A stretch of DNA of 64,000 nucleotides, from NCBI GenBank assembly GCA_013265495.1, contig MU058221.1, positions 1,550,001 to 1,614,000 on the forward strand, written 5' to 3'. The translations under genes and the position numbers were made by a program. Source of the stretch: Vicugna vicugna. Taxonomy: Eukaryota. The notes under the pieces were generated by a model that was not told the DNA's origin, searched no databases, and worked only from the letters and a program-made list of their open reading frames with translations. Position 1 is the stretch's first letter; each line of letters begins with the position of its first letter. This document shows, piece by piece, positions 38,820-51,099 of this stretch.

Positions 38820-39140
38820 AGCCGCCAGGTTTCCTCCCGTCTGCCAGTGTCTTCTCGTCTCCGCTAAACGAAGTGAGAGGAGCACACAAAGCCGTTGTCA
38901 GCCTGGCTTCGGCTCCCTGTGCCCCGGCAGCAGCACCCTCTCCACGCATCCCCCCCCCCCCGCTGGCGGGCAGCGGATGTACCATCCTTGCCCTTATCTT
39001 CCTTTTTTACCTTTTTTTCCGCCAGGCTGTGAGAAGTCCCCTCCTCGGCCAGCAGTGTGTGCCCGTTCCAGGAACATTTTCCGCCTGCCCCTTCGAGTCC
39101 CGCGGCTTCCACGTTTGCTGCTCCCTGGCTGCCTCGTGGT
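38820..39140. promoter_or_regulatory. Small orphan CpG-rich island
   Basis: About 20 CpGs in about 320 bp of GC-rich non-repeat sequence; C12 run at 38950-38961. Confidence 0.45.
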
Positions 39141-39371
39141 TCTGCTCTGCTTCCCCAGATGCAGCCCCATCTCTGTGAAGGGTCACTTCACTGAGTTCTT
39201 CTCAGTTAATTCTTTGACTGTGCCCTGTTCCTGCTGGGAATTTGACTGATTGCTTTTTGCAGTTTACTACAACTGTAACCTTCTAAATATCTGCCCAATA
39301 TTTTATTCATTCCCTTTATGACACTTTTTAAAACCTCCTTAAATCATCTCTTTACACATTTTTCCCCCACG

Positions 39372-39496
39372 TTAGACTCTGCGAGTTCCTGATGATGGAG
39401 CTCATGCTTTAATTGTCAATATACCTTTAGGAACGTACACAGCACACTAAATACCACTGTGGTGAGTGAATGAATGAATGAATGAATGAATGAACA
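39372..39496 (+). mobile_element. L2 3' end with (TGAA)n tail
   Basis: agactctgcgagttcctga...gtgaatgaatgaatgaatgaatgaatgaac. Confidence 0.75.
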
Positions 39497-40504
39497 AATT
39501 TGTAACTCCAGTCCATGATGGTCCATTTTAGCTAAAAATGTAAGCCATGCCAGAAGCCTTTTTCGCTTGGTTTAAAATAACAGGGTCATCACCAGCACAA
39601 GCGACAATCAGTCCAGAGGAAAGCAGCTTGATACCTCTGCCTCTGCTAATATTAAAGCAGAAATCTGCCCTCCGGGCATCCAGGCCAGCTCCTGGGAGAG
39701 GCTCACAAAGAGAGAGATCAACGCCGGCGGGTATAATGCTCCGCAGGCTGGGTGCGGTTTCTGTCCTGAGCTACGTTCCAGTAAACCCCAAAACAACTAT
39801 CGTGTAGCTGCTACGTGTCCTCTTCGTGGTGAAGCAATTTAGAAGACGTCTTCTGTGTTGCTGGCGGGTTCCCGAGGAGAGGCGCCCTCCTCACCCCTGA
39901 GTCAACTCCCACCACACACACGCACGGAAGGACAGGCCGGCTCCAGGGCCGCCAGGCGATCCAGTTCGTTCAGAGGTTCAGTGTTGATCCCGGTGGTCCA
40001 CAAGGGACCCCCAAACTCTCTGAAAAGTCTCCAGCTGCTGATGAATCACGGATGCTGAGAGTGATGCGTGGAAGACTGAGAAGAGCTCCACTTGTCCAGT
40101 CAGTAGGCGTTGTGGGCGTAGCCCCGCCGAGCGGTCACGGCCAATGACAGAAATGTGATCTCTCCTGAGGAGAAAGTCTCCCTTCTATTTAAAGCACCCT
40201 CCTTTCCACCCACGCCTCGTTCCTCAGAGACGTGTCCCTCCCACCGCCAGTAAGACGAGGGAGAGCAGCCCAGCTGGGCAGGGCCAGGCCTGCCCCGGAC
40301 TGACCACCAGCAGTGCGAACGCAGGACTTGATTCAAACATGAGGCTTTTGTTGTGGATCACCTACAGGTCCCCGTCCCCTTCCAGTTAATTCCTTAAATG
40401 ACATTGCTTCGAAGAGAGCAGCCCTCTCTCCCACACGCTGCTCCGTGCCACAGTGGAATTCCGGCTTTCCCTTCGTTGCAGGAGCGATTTTATCAGGTCT
40501 AGAG

Positions 40505-40715
40505 TTATTGTCCTTAAGAAGGGACGGCTTTGCCCTCAGGGACGTTTGACCATGTCTAGGGACCTTCTGGGTTGTCCACATGGAGTGGGGGACGTGGTAT
40601 TTTCTGGGTACCATCCAGGGATGCGGCCAAACCCCTTACCACACGTAGGGCAACTCCTCATAGAAAGCAATTACATGGCCCCCAATGTCAACAGCGTCAA
40701 GGTTGAGGAACCCTA
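40505..40715. mobile_element. MER20 (hAT-Charlie)
   Basis: tttgccctcagggacgtttg...aatgtcaacagcgtcaaggttgaggaaccct; 8-bp near-TSD gtctagag/gtttaaag. Confidence 0.85.
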
Positions 40716-42111
40716 GTTTAAAGGCATCCCCATCTTTCTTGCCAGGCCTAAGAGGAGACATTAAGGGCATTATTTAGGGACAGCTCTTCCTCACTGGAAG
40801 CAAGAACCACCAGAAACAGAGCAGCAGAGCGGAGAAAGATGCCAAAGACCCGAATCCTTACAGACGTGCTTCGGTGCATGGCTCAGCCAGTTCTAAAATC
40901 TGCCTCACCTCGCAGCCCCTGTTGATGCGAGCTAAGGACACCCGATTCCGTGCTTAGGTTCTGGCAGGTGCATCCGCAAGCATCTGCCCTGTGCGGTGGT
41001 TCAGCGGGACTTGTGTTGGCGCCTGGGATCTGCGTGTTCATGTTGAGAAGGCAAGAGATGGGTATCAAGTCCAGAAGGAAGAACCCTATGAAGATACAGC
41101 GCTCCTTGGAAAAGAGTAAGAAGCTGGCGAGAAGGGGCAGCAACGGACGCTCGGGCTGGAGTAGATCTGCCAGTGCCTTTGGGAGGGAGACCGCCTGCAT
41201 CTAGGATTTCACTTCAGTTACGTTCCTATTGTAAACGCCCAAAGAATCCTCGGAACCGGCAGCACAAACACCACGGCAGCCCTGAACTATGATTCGCCTC
41301 AGGCCTCTTTTCATGGGGTCTTGTCTTATTTCTGTCTTCGACAGCTGGAGCCTGCTTCCCGACTGGCCTGCTCTGTCCCAGCTTATTTCCAGCACAAGGC
41401 ATTATTTCCTGTTGTCGCCATGATTTCGAAGGCTGCTGTATTAGAACTGCGGGCTTCTAGGTCATGGCCCCAAGTGCTTCAGTTAATTTTAGCAAGTTGT
41501 AGCAATATTAGCCACCACCACTACTGCAAAGCCAGATGTTCCTCAAGTGTGGGAGAATGCTCTAGTTACAATGCTCTGTAGCACACAGACGTACCTAACA
41601 GTTTATGTTCTTAGCTCCTACGGGTCGACAATATTAATCAGAACTATGATAAAAATTCCTCCACACTTAGGTTCCACAGTCAGAAGACAGCCCTAGCCTT
41701 AGCCTTCAAGTTACACACACAGAACTTTTTCATAGGACAATCAAAACCGAAGTTCAGGTATATCTATGGTCATCTTGATGAAACAAACAATACAAAAGGA
41801 CTAAAACCTGAAAAGAGCACTAAAAACGTTGGAGCAATAATTTACATTTTTTTTAAAGACAGCGCCACTCCTCACTAATAGTTACAAGAAGCACCAGATT
41901 CTGCAGTGAGGCCAGCACTGCCCTGGGAGTGACCATCTCAGGTCCTTGACTGAGTTTTGCACAAACTGGCAAATCAATTTGGGGGCTGGGAGGGGGTCAG
42001 GCACGTCCTTGGGCCTTGAGTTATGTCAGCTTCAGGGTTTGGGGTGGATTATTTCAAAGGCTGTGTTAGTGATAGTGCAACATCTTCATTAACGTAGCAG
42101 GCAAACTAATT

Positions 42112-42142
42112 GTGTGTGTGCACGTGTGTGTGTGTGTGTGTG
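42112..42142 (+). repeat. (TG)n microsatellite, interrupted
   Basis: Directly visible. Confidence 0.9.
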
Positions 42143-43201
42143 ACATGTGTACAATTTCCCTTACGTCTGAAACAGCAACATCGGGGAAATGTACCACTGA
42201 GAAGGAGGGGCCTAGTTTCTGGAAAAAAAAGATAAATACATAGGATTTTGGAGAGAGAGTCTTTTCCCAATACTCTAAGATGCCCTTTTTGAGTAGCTAA
42301 ACTCAGTTCATGTACCTCCTGCCCTTACTCTGTCCAGCTACTCTTTCCCCTTCAGGAAGATGAGATGGTTTCTCTCATTGGCAGATTTGATACCAATACA
42401 TGGAGATACTTGGGTCAATTTTTTGCTCCTTTTGGGAACAAGCTGCCTACAGAACTCCATCTTGTAGTCGACTTTTCCACCAGTGGGGTCCTCTCGGGTC
42501 CAGCACTGCCTGCTCTGTATGAAGGGTCCAGCTCTGGTCCAACATTGCCCGTAACTGGTCAGTGATCCACCTCGGACCACGAGGGAGCACACCAGGTACA
42601 TAGATCCTGAAGGCGGCAGTGCGGAAAGACGCCAGCTGAGAGTCCGGGATCTTGGTGATGCTGTGGAACCACCTATTTCGAGATGTCTCGAAAGTAAACA
42701 AGAGAGGTTGTTTTCATAGTTCCATCTCCTGGACCTGACTGTGTCCTGTTTAATACAGAAGGGCACAGAGTAGATCAGAGACGTCCACTAAAGCCGTCAC
42801 GGTGGTCTAAGATGAGTAAGTGGGAGCAGCAGATATTAAAGAAGCCTTCTGGTGGATATAAAGTGCGGCCAGCTATGCCCAAAATACAGGGAGAGAGATT
42901 AGGAACATTTCCTCCACGAAACATTCGAGCAAGAAGGACTAGGCTCCAGCCGAATAAAGAAGAGCCTCCCTCACGGCTGTGAAGGGGAGCAGGGGGCATC
43001 GTTATACTGAGATGCTCAGCACATATGCACGGAGAGAAATAATTTAAAGATAGTCATCCTCCCCAAATGACTCTTTAGGGAAAAAATACATTTCAATATT
43101 ACACTTCCTTAAATCTTACTTCACAAGTTTGTAGTTCATTTGGAAGAATAAACATGTCATACAGAATAGCTAAGCAAAATCTGTTAAGAGTAATATTTTG
43201 G

Positions 43202-43363
43202 TAGCACAGGGAAATATACACAAAATGTTATGATAAATCACAGAGAAAAAAATGTGACAATGAGTGTGTATATGCCATGAATGGCTGAAAAATTGTGCTG
43301 AACACTGGAATTTGACACAACATTGTAAAATGATTATAAATCAATAAAAAATGTTAAAAAAAA
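43202..43363 (+). mobile_element. Young L1 3' end with perfect 16-bp TSD, inside an older L1 relic
   Basis: TSD aagagtaatattttgg at 43186-43201 and 43364-43379; tt|aaga site; poly(A) tail. Confidence 0.95.
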
Positions 43364-43424
43364 AAGAGTAATATTTTGGCTTTGCTCTGCAAGACATTTA
43401 AATTATTTATAAATTGACAATAAG

Positions 43425-43642
43425 AAGTATTTATAGTTATAATATATAATATAATTGAATAATATAATATATAATATAATTGAAGGTATGTTATATATAG
43501 TACATATATTTGTAATGTATATTTCTATGTATAATATAGTTATAATAATATACATTATACATAATACATTACAAATACATATACATAATACATTATCAAT
43601 ACAAATATATATTATAATATACTTATAATAATATACATACAC
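43425..43642. repeat. AT-rich low-complexity tract
   Basis: Degenerate (TA/TAA/TACA)n. Confidence 0.9.
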
Positions 43643-45580
43643 AGTGTTTTATCTGTGATATTTGTGAGATGTTTAGTAATTTAGTTAAAGACATTAAGTG
43701 TCCCAGTGACCCACAACTTTTACACGACACACCTAGATTTGAGCCCAGATAATCTTTTATATCTAAAAGAATCATAGAGTTTACAAGTGGTAAAACTGAA
43801 AATGAGACATCAGGGACTTATTTTATTTCATTTCTTTTAATTTTTTAAACAGTTCCATGTAACAGGAAAGCAGACATGAATGTCAGTATATTTGATGGAC
43901 ATAATTATAATCAGATTCCTTAGGGCCATGGGTCCCAAAAGGTTGAGAGCTTAAACGGACGGTGTCCGCATCCTTCCGTTGGCTGATGGCAGCGGACTGC
44001 CGACTGGCGCTCTGGCCTCTGGCCCCTGGCCCCTCTTCTTGTTTTCTTTTCCCACCCTATTGTTGCCATTTGAACTCTCCACCCTCCCACGGTTCCATCC
44101 TCTTCTCTCTGTCTCTCTAAGACAAGATCAGAGCGTTTGAGGTCAGGGTAACAACTACGCGTTGCCACACGAATGTGAGAGGCCAGTGAGAGCGTCTCCT
44201 CGGCCCTGGAGTCAGGGAGCGCGCTGACTTGCAGTTTTGCTCTCATTTACAAACAGTCAGGAGTTCTCTTCAGATGCTTTGTTTCACACTGAAAAGATTT
44301 CAGATTGATTCAGAGAGCTTGAAATTTTTTTAAAAATCCGACTTTAACATATAAAGTCCATTCCCTGTCGCCCGCGCTGTAATCTAACGCCTTCTTCCGG
44401 GTTTTACCCGCAGTGAGAGGGGAATAACTTGCACCATCACAAAGGTGAACACTTTGCTGAAATAGTAAAGTAAGCAGGATAAACACAACCCCCTACATGT
44501 AACTGAGTCAAACATTCTAATCGTTGCAACAGCAAAGGTTTTGCCTACTTTACTTAGGATAAAATTATCCTCCTTCTTCAACTGGCGCTCAACTTAAAAT
44601 GAACTATAAAATTAGCAATGTTCCTTTCTACTGATCAAGGGAGAAATTAAATATGTGAGGAGGTGTAAGGGACGAGTGGGGAAGAGAGGGCGATGTCATT
44701 GCCACAATTATGTAAATGCGTTTCTGTAAAATAATACTGTTAAGGTCGTTTTGTTAAGACCCTGAATACTGTTAATTCTAAATCCATATTACATTTTAGT
44801 CAGCCTACCTACTTCCCACTCTGTGCTGAGAAATTTACATTCTGCCTGCGTTTCCAGGGCAGTTAGGATCCAGCCAAGCTCTCAAATATAGTAAGCATCA
44901 GGAAACTGTCCTGAATTATTCATGCTAATTATGCTGAACTCAACATCATGGACAGGAAAATGTATTTCCCACTGAAATGTGTTTGCCTTACCTAGATTTC
45001 TAAATTGATCACAGTCTCCTTTTCTTGTGATTAGACCTAAAAGCCCCCAGCATGGACAGAAATTCACATGATGAATTGAAATCCAACCACCATCATGCTT
45101 TCTCAGCACAGTCAGCCTCATCTGAATCAATTCTGCGTTTTTTCCATCGCTTTCATAAATAATCATATCTTAGCCCCAGTCCAAGCCAATTATCAGTCAC
45201 GGTGGCACACATCTGCTCAGACTATATGGGAAAAAATATGTTTTTTGGTTCCATTCTGCTTTTGTACGTACTGTCCATTCAATACAATAAACTTCAGAGC
45301 ATATAAAACATATCATTCACTCATTTTTTTCATTTTTTTATTCACAAATTCATTTATTCATTCAGTTGTTTTTGAGAAGCAAAGATTGAGCAACGGTTGT
45401 TCACCAAGTACCGTGTCGGGCAGTTGCTCCTTGCAGCTGGTTACCTTTCGTGGTTTGCTTTTAATTATAGTTTGTCTGAAGGATTCCAGGGATTAAGAAT
45501 CGTCATAATCATCATCCTTATTTAATGACACATTATCATTATTTGATCAATGTATCACTCATCCTGCAACTGCACTCCTA

Positions 45581-46272
45581 TTTCTTTTTTATTTTATTTT
45601 ATTTTATTGAGTTATGGTCAATTTACAATGTTGTGTCAGTTTCCAGTGTAGAGCACAATTTCTCAGTCATAAATGAACATACATATATTCATTGTCACAT
45701 TCTTTTTCACCGTGAGCTACCACAAGATCTTGCATACATTTTGCTGTGCTGTACAGTATAATCTTGTTTATCTATTCTGTGTATACCTGTCAGTGTCTAC
45801 AATTCTGGTACTCCCAGTCTGTCCCTTCCCACTCCCTTCCCCACTGGTAACCGCAAGTTTGTATTCAATGTCTGTGAGTCTGTTTCTGTTTCATTTTTAA
45901 GTTCATTTGTCTTCTTCTTTTTTTTTTTTTTTAGATTCCACATATGAGCGATCTCTTATGGTTTTTTTTTTTTTCTTTTTGGCTTACTTATGTTGTCGAT
46001 TTTTATGGCTGAATAGTATTCCATTGTATAAATATACCACTTCTTCTTTATCCAGTAATCTGTTGATGGGCATTTAGGCTGTCTCCATGTCTTGGCTATT
46101 GTACATAGTGCTGCTATGAACATTGGGGTGCAGATGTCTTTTTGAAGTAGGGTTCCTTCTGGATATATGCCCAGGAGCGGGATTCCTGGGTCCTATGGTA
46201 AATCTATTCCTAGTCTTTTGAGGAATCTCCATATGGTTTTACACAGTGGCTACACCAAACTGCATTCCCACC
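45581..46272 (-). mobile_element. Camelid-type L1 3' portion (ORF2 end plus 3'UTR)
   Basis: Homologous to 11082-11597 and 35786-36088. Confidence 0.92.
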
Positions 46273-46544
46273 CTAGAATCCCATTTCTAACCTCACCAAT
46301 TTCCTTACATAGACCAACTCTCTTTGTTTCTACATGTGTATTTTTAGTCAGTGGAAATGCTGTATTTCATATTATTTTAGGTATACATATGCTTTAATGT
46401 AGTAATTGGTATTGTGCTCTATGTCTCATTCTATATCCTACTTTTTCAATCTACATAAATGTTTAATGTGGATTTTTTGGGGTTGTTTCCAACAGCTATG
46501 TGGTATTCCAGGACAGGCAGATTTCACTCAGTTTTTATTGATGT

Positions 46545-46742
46545 TTGATTGAACGAATGGATAATAAACATATGGCATAGACACACAATGGAATATTATT
46601 CAGCCTTAAAAAAGAAGGAATCTTGTCCCTTGCTACAACATGGGTAAGCTTGGAAGACGTTACGCGAGGTGGAATGAGCCAGACACAGAATGACTAGTGC
46701 TATATGACCCCACTTCTATAAGAAATCTAAAATTAGTCAAAA
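46545..46742 (+). mobile_element. L1MB-like fragment
   Basis: acaatggaatattattcagccttaaaaaagaagg...agccagacacagaa. Confidence 0.8.
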
Positions 46743-49700
46743 TGCATATTCTACGTTTGATGTGATAGGCACCAGGCTAACTTCAACTCTATTAGAACAA
46801 ACGAATCTGATGTGAACACCCCATGGATGGCTCTGTGTGTCAATGTGAGGATTTCTTTGGGTTATACAGATAAGAGAGAACTACAGATACTATATTTCAT
46901 TGTCTAGAAAGGGCTAGATTCCCTTACAAATTGACCACACTCATTAACAATCCCACCAACATTATGAGAGAATTTTTATTTCTCTGCTATCACCCCAGAA
47001 ATTGACCATCCAATTTTTTCCCCAATATAAAATTGAAATGACCCTCGAGTGTTTATCTAACTTGTATTCCTTTGATCACCAGTCAAGTAGCTTGTCTCTC
47101 TAGTTCATAGCCCAACTGGTATTCCCCTTACGGGGACTCACTCACTTACATACTGCTTTCAATTTCAGTTCTGTCAGAGCTTTTGTATTTTTATTGTTGA
47201 ATTTCCCATGTTCCTTGGTTATTTGTGGGCAATGCAAGCATCTGTCCCAATCTGTCAGCTCACTTGTTTTATTCTTTTTAGGAAATTAGTGACCGGAGGA
47301 AACATCCTAGCACTGGGGGGTTCAGGAGGGCATGCCGTGTCTGTTTCTTAGACTTTGAACCAGTCCTTCTGTTTTTCAACACAATTTTTGTCACCACTTC
47401 CAGAGGTCCTTCTGTATGATGACACATTAGAGGCTATTAGATTGCTTACTAAACTTTCTTACTTCAAACTTAGCATTCGGTTTTCTGATGTCTGCTCCTG
47501 AGAATGTCATTGCCACCAGGTAACCGTCTTCTAGTTTCTGACATTTTGTTGCTAGGTTGTATTCACCAGTCTTTTTCAGTCCTTGAAGATAGACATCTTT
47601 TTAAAATACCTTGTCATTCAGTGAGTGTCAGAGGGGAAGAGAGTTCAGAATACTTGTGCAATCTGCCATCTTTAAGTAGAACTCCCATTCCTATTTCAAC
47701 ATTTTTTTTAAATGTGTCTCCTGAACTCTTTCGAGTTTATTATCTGTTGGTAGCTTTACTCTCACATTTAAATTCTGCAGAAACTGGCTTCATAACAAAG
47801 TCTTTCCCTTAAAAACGTAAGAAATCATGGATTACTCTTTGTCTCACCAAATTCTGACATTTTACTATCCTCTTCCAAGAATGATGGTGGATGCAAATAA
47901 TATGACTATGAAAATTATTTTACATAACTCTGTAATGATAAGTAAAATATACACAAATAACTACAGTGCGGAGTAGAACACGGCACAGACCCTGCGAGAT
48001 TTGGTAAGTTAATCACTCCTATCTCTACCCTTCACCTAACGTTACTGGAGGGGATATATGCGAAAAAAAATTTTCACAAAACCAAGATCCCTTATCATGT
48101 GAGATACATAGTAGATTGAAAAATATTTTTGTTTATTGAATGTTCTGGTATCAAACTATTACACAGAAATAAAAGCCCCTAAAAATTATGTGCAATTCTT
48201 TAAAGAAGATCCAGCTAATTTTACTCTTTTCTGATTGAGTCTGAGCTTTGCCAATACGAGTGTATCTGGCAAAGTTTCTGAATTTTTCTTTCCTGGAAGC
48301 TCTAAATTCAACAAAAATAACCTCCCCTGAACACAATTTCAGCATTCAAAACAAAACAAGAAACACATCCTGGTGCTCAGGGCTTACTGGTGTACCCCAA
48401 GTTTGCTCATCCCTAGGACTTCAATCTAATTAAGTGTTACCCTAAATGATTTAGTCATTAGAAGCAACACTCCTTCAAGATACTGCCAGTGACGTAGTAA
48501 AGGAGTAAGGCTGGCGGAGGAACGCATTTTCAGTTCCCAAAACCCAGCTGTGCTCTCCTTCTTGTCAACCTGTCAACATTTGATCAGATAAGAACAACAT
48601 TTCAGCAAAGAAATCATCAGCTAATTCGTGTCCTGCTTTGCTCTGCAGAACCCCAACAGCTCGCTAAACCCCCATGATGACCATATCCTGGAGCCCGTCT
48701 GACATAAAAGGGAATTACTACTGCTGTAGGAAGGAGCCGAATACACCTGCTGCCAGACGGAGAGTCTGGCTGCAGACCCTGTCATTTTGATCTGGGTGAA
48801 CTTTCTGTCGCTGAAATAGGCTGATATCTTGAGAAAGCTTAACCCAGTGAACATGAGGAACGCCGATTGAAATGTCAAATCCTTACTTCTCATCTCAAAA
48901 GGCACAGTTTCCACATGTGAACTGATAACTATTTTAGATAAATCAGCTCCCTCACATTCCCATCCCCGCAAATGAAGCGATTTTCTTTGATATTTGGGAA
49001 TCCAAGCTGCTAAGACGGAAGTCTCAGAGGGATTCCTTATAAAGAAGTATTTAAAGGCATCTCCGAGCAGCTGATCCCTCAGCAAAAGGAAATTAAGAAA
49101 CAGCTTCAATATAAAAAGGGAAACCCCAAAGTTTGAGGTATTTGAATATGAAGGATGCAAATTAAGCAAGCGTTTCTCTCCACTGATGTTCACCTGGCCA
49201 ATCTCTCATCTGTGTTTCCAAATTGAAAAAGAAAAAAAACAAACGCTAAGTTGACAACCTTCCTCTGATCTTATAAGCCAATGACGTTTAGGTCTTCCTT
49301 AGGTGGTAGGTGCGTTGTAAAAGAGACTTTTAGGAGAAATTTTCTGAATTAACCACTTAGATATGGAAAGACACTGTAATGACACAGTTTCAAGCAGGAT
49401 TCTCAGCCTGGTATGGTGAGAAGCCCGCATGGAGCACTGGGCCGGGTAGATGGAGTCCCGTGGGAGACCACAAGCCTGCTGGGACAGCTGCTTCCCGTCT
49501 CCCTTAAACACAGAGCCAGTCCTCATGACCAGTGTCACTGGCCAGAGCAGCTCAGTGGAACTGTCCACCCAGGGTCTAATTCCTTCTACCCCGTCGCCAA
49601 AGGGCAGTGGAGTTTAAGCAGAGCTGGATTTGCTAAGTGAAAGGATGCATTTCCCACCAAGCTTGATTCCGGAGAGCTTCGCACCTGACAGCTTCAAGTC

Positions 49701-51099
49701 CACTGGTTAATATGTTGCCATCACTATCCACGTGGGAAATGGTGACATGATCCTAAATCCTTGAACCAGAGGAGCAGAATAATGTTCTCAAAGGGGCCGT
49801 CTGAAGCCTGGGCCAGACGATTGGATGTAGGAGGGTAATGTTGTGCCATGAAACAGGCTCTACCCGTTTGTCATCAGAGAGGGGAACAGCGTCTCGAAGA
49901 ACATGCCGGGCCCTTAAGCACCAGCGTCTTGCTCTTATGTTGAAGATGAAAGATGCTGCAAAATGATAGTTGTCCTCAAGTGTTACTCATGAAACAATTC
50001 GCTTATTCAGTGGGCATAACAAACGTTTTAAATAACCAAAATTCATCAAGCTCTACTGGGCACTAAGTGTACAAATGAAACTAAAAGAAATTCTCCTTCA
50101 TTTTTATGGCGATATGGACATGTATACAAAACAGTACTTTCCCTATAATATGAAAAGCATTAAATTAGAAATTAAACTAATTAGAAATTAGAGCATTCAT
50201 ATAAATTTTGAGGTGATTAATACTAAATGTAAAATGTAAAAAGAAATCCCTATATGAAAAATACAAAATCCAATTTTAGGAAAGACACTGAATGCCTCTG
50301 GTGTTGCTAGCTGGATTGTAAATTAATCCACCACAAAACACATGAGGTCAATGCTTCATACAAATCTGTATACAATGCTGCATATGATGCTGTATCGTTA
50401 AGCCTGTTTCTTAACTTCATTTTTAATGGAGTCGTGGTGTACATGTCCACCTTAGTCCATGTCACTATTTTGTGTGAATGGTAATGGTGGCAGTACATTT
50501 CAACCCATTCTGTTACATTGCACCCATGCTATTTCATCATTTCCTAACCCATCATATTCTATCCCATTTTGTTACATTCTGGTCATGACACATTAAACTG
50601 ACTTGACAGCCCCATGACGTGTCACAACCTGTGTTCATCTGGAATGTGTTATCCGTATCTCCGATCTAGACATATCATTCTCTTGTCACAAGGTCACTTA
50701 CATCATTCATACAATCTCTGAAAAACGCTATTTGAGTTTTACAGGCAAGGTACAAGATTGGAGAAGATCAGAATCTGACGGATGCTGACGTCCACCCTTA
50801 AGAGCTTCTTACAGTGCCAGCCATGAACCAAAGTTCCCTGAGGGTCATGAGTAGAGGTTATACTGGAGAGAGTGAAAGGGGGTGGAAAACTAGAAACAAA
50901 AGCTGAATTTTAGCAGCTAGTAAGCGAAAACACACAATTGCAAATAACGTCACTGTGAGGATTTCATCTAATGATAAATCAGCTCTGAGCAGGTGCTCTG
51001 CATTTTTATTGTATAATATGTTTATATTGTATTATATTATATTATATTATTATTATATTATGCACCTAAACTATAGCATAGCTTTGCCTCAGATGATGT

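Noticed and set aside
39841..39854. 14-bp perfect palindrome agaagacgtcttct
   Set aside because: Length expected by chance in 64 kb; no supporting context.
40950..41204. Possible plus-strand exon ending at aga|gtaag
   Set aside because: Weak acceptor, no recognisable protein, no partner exons.
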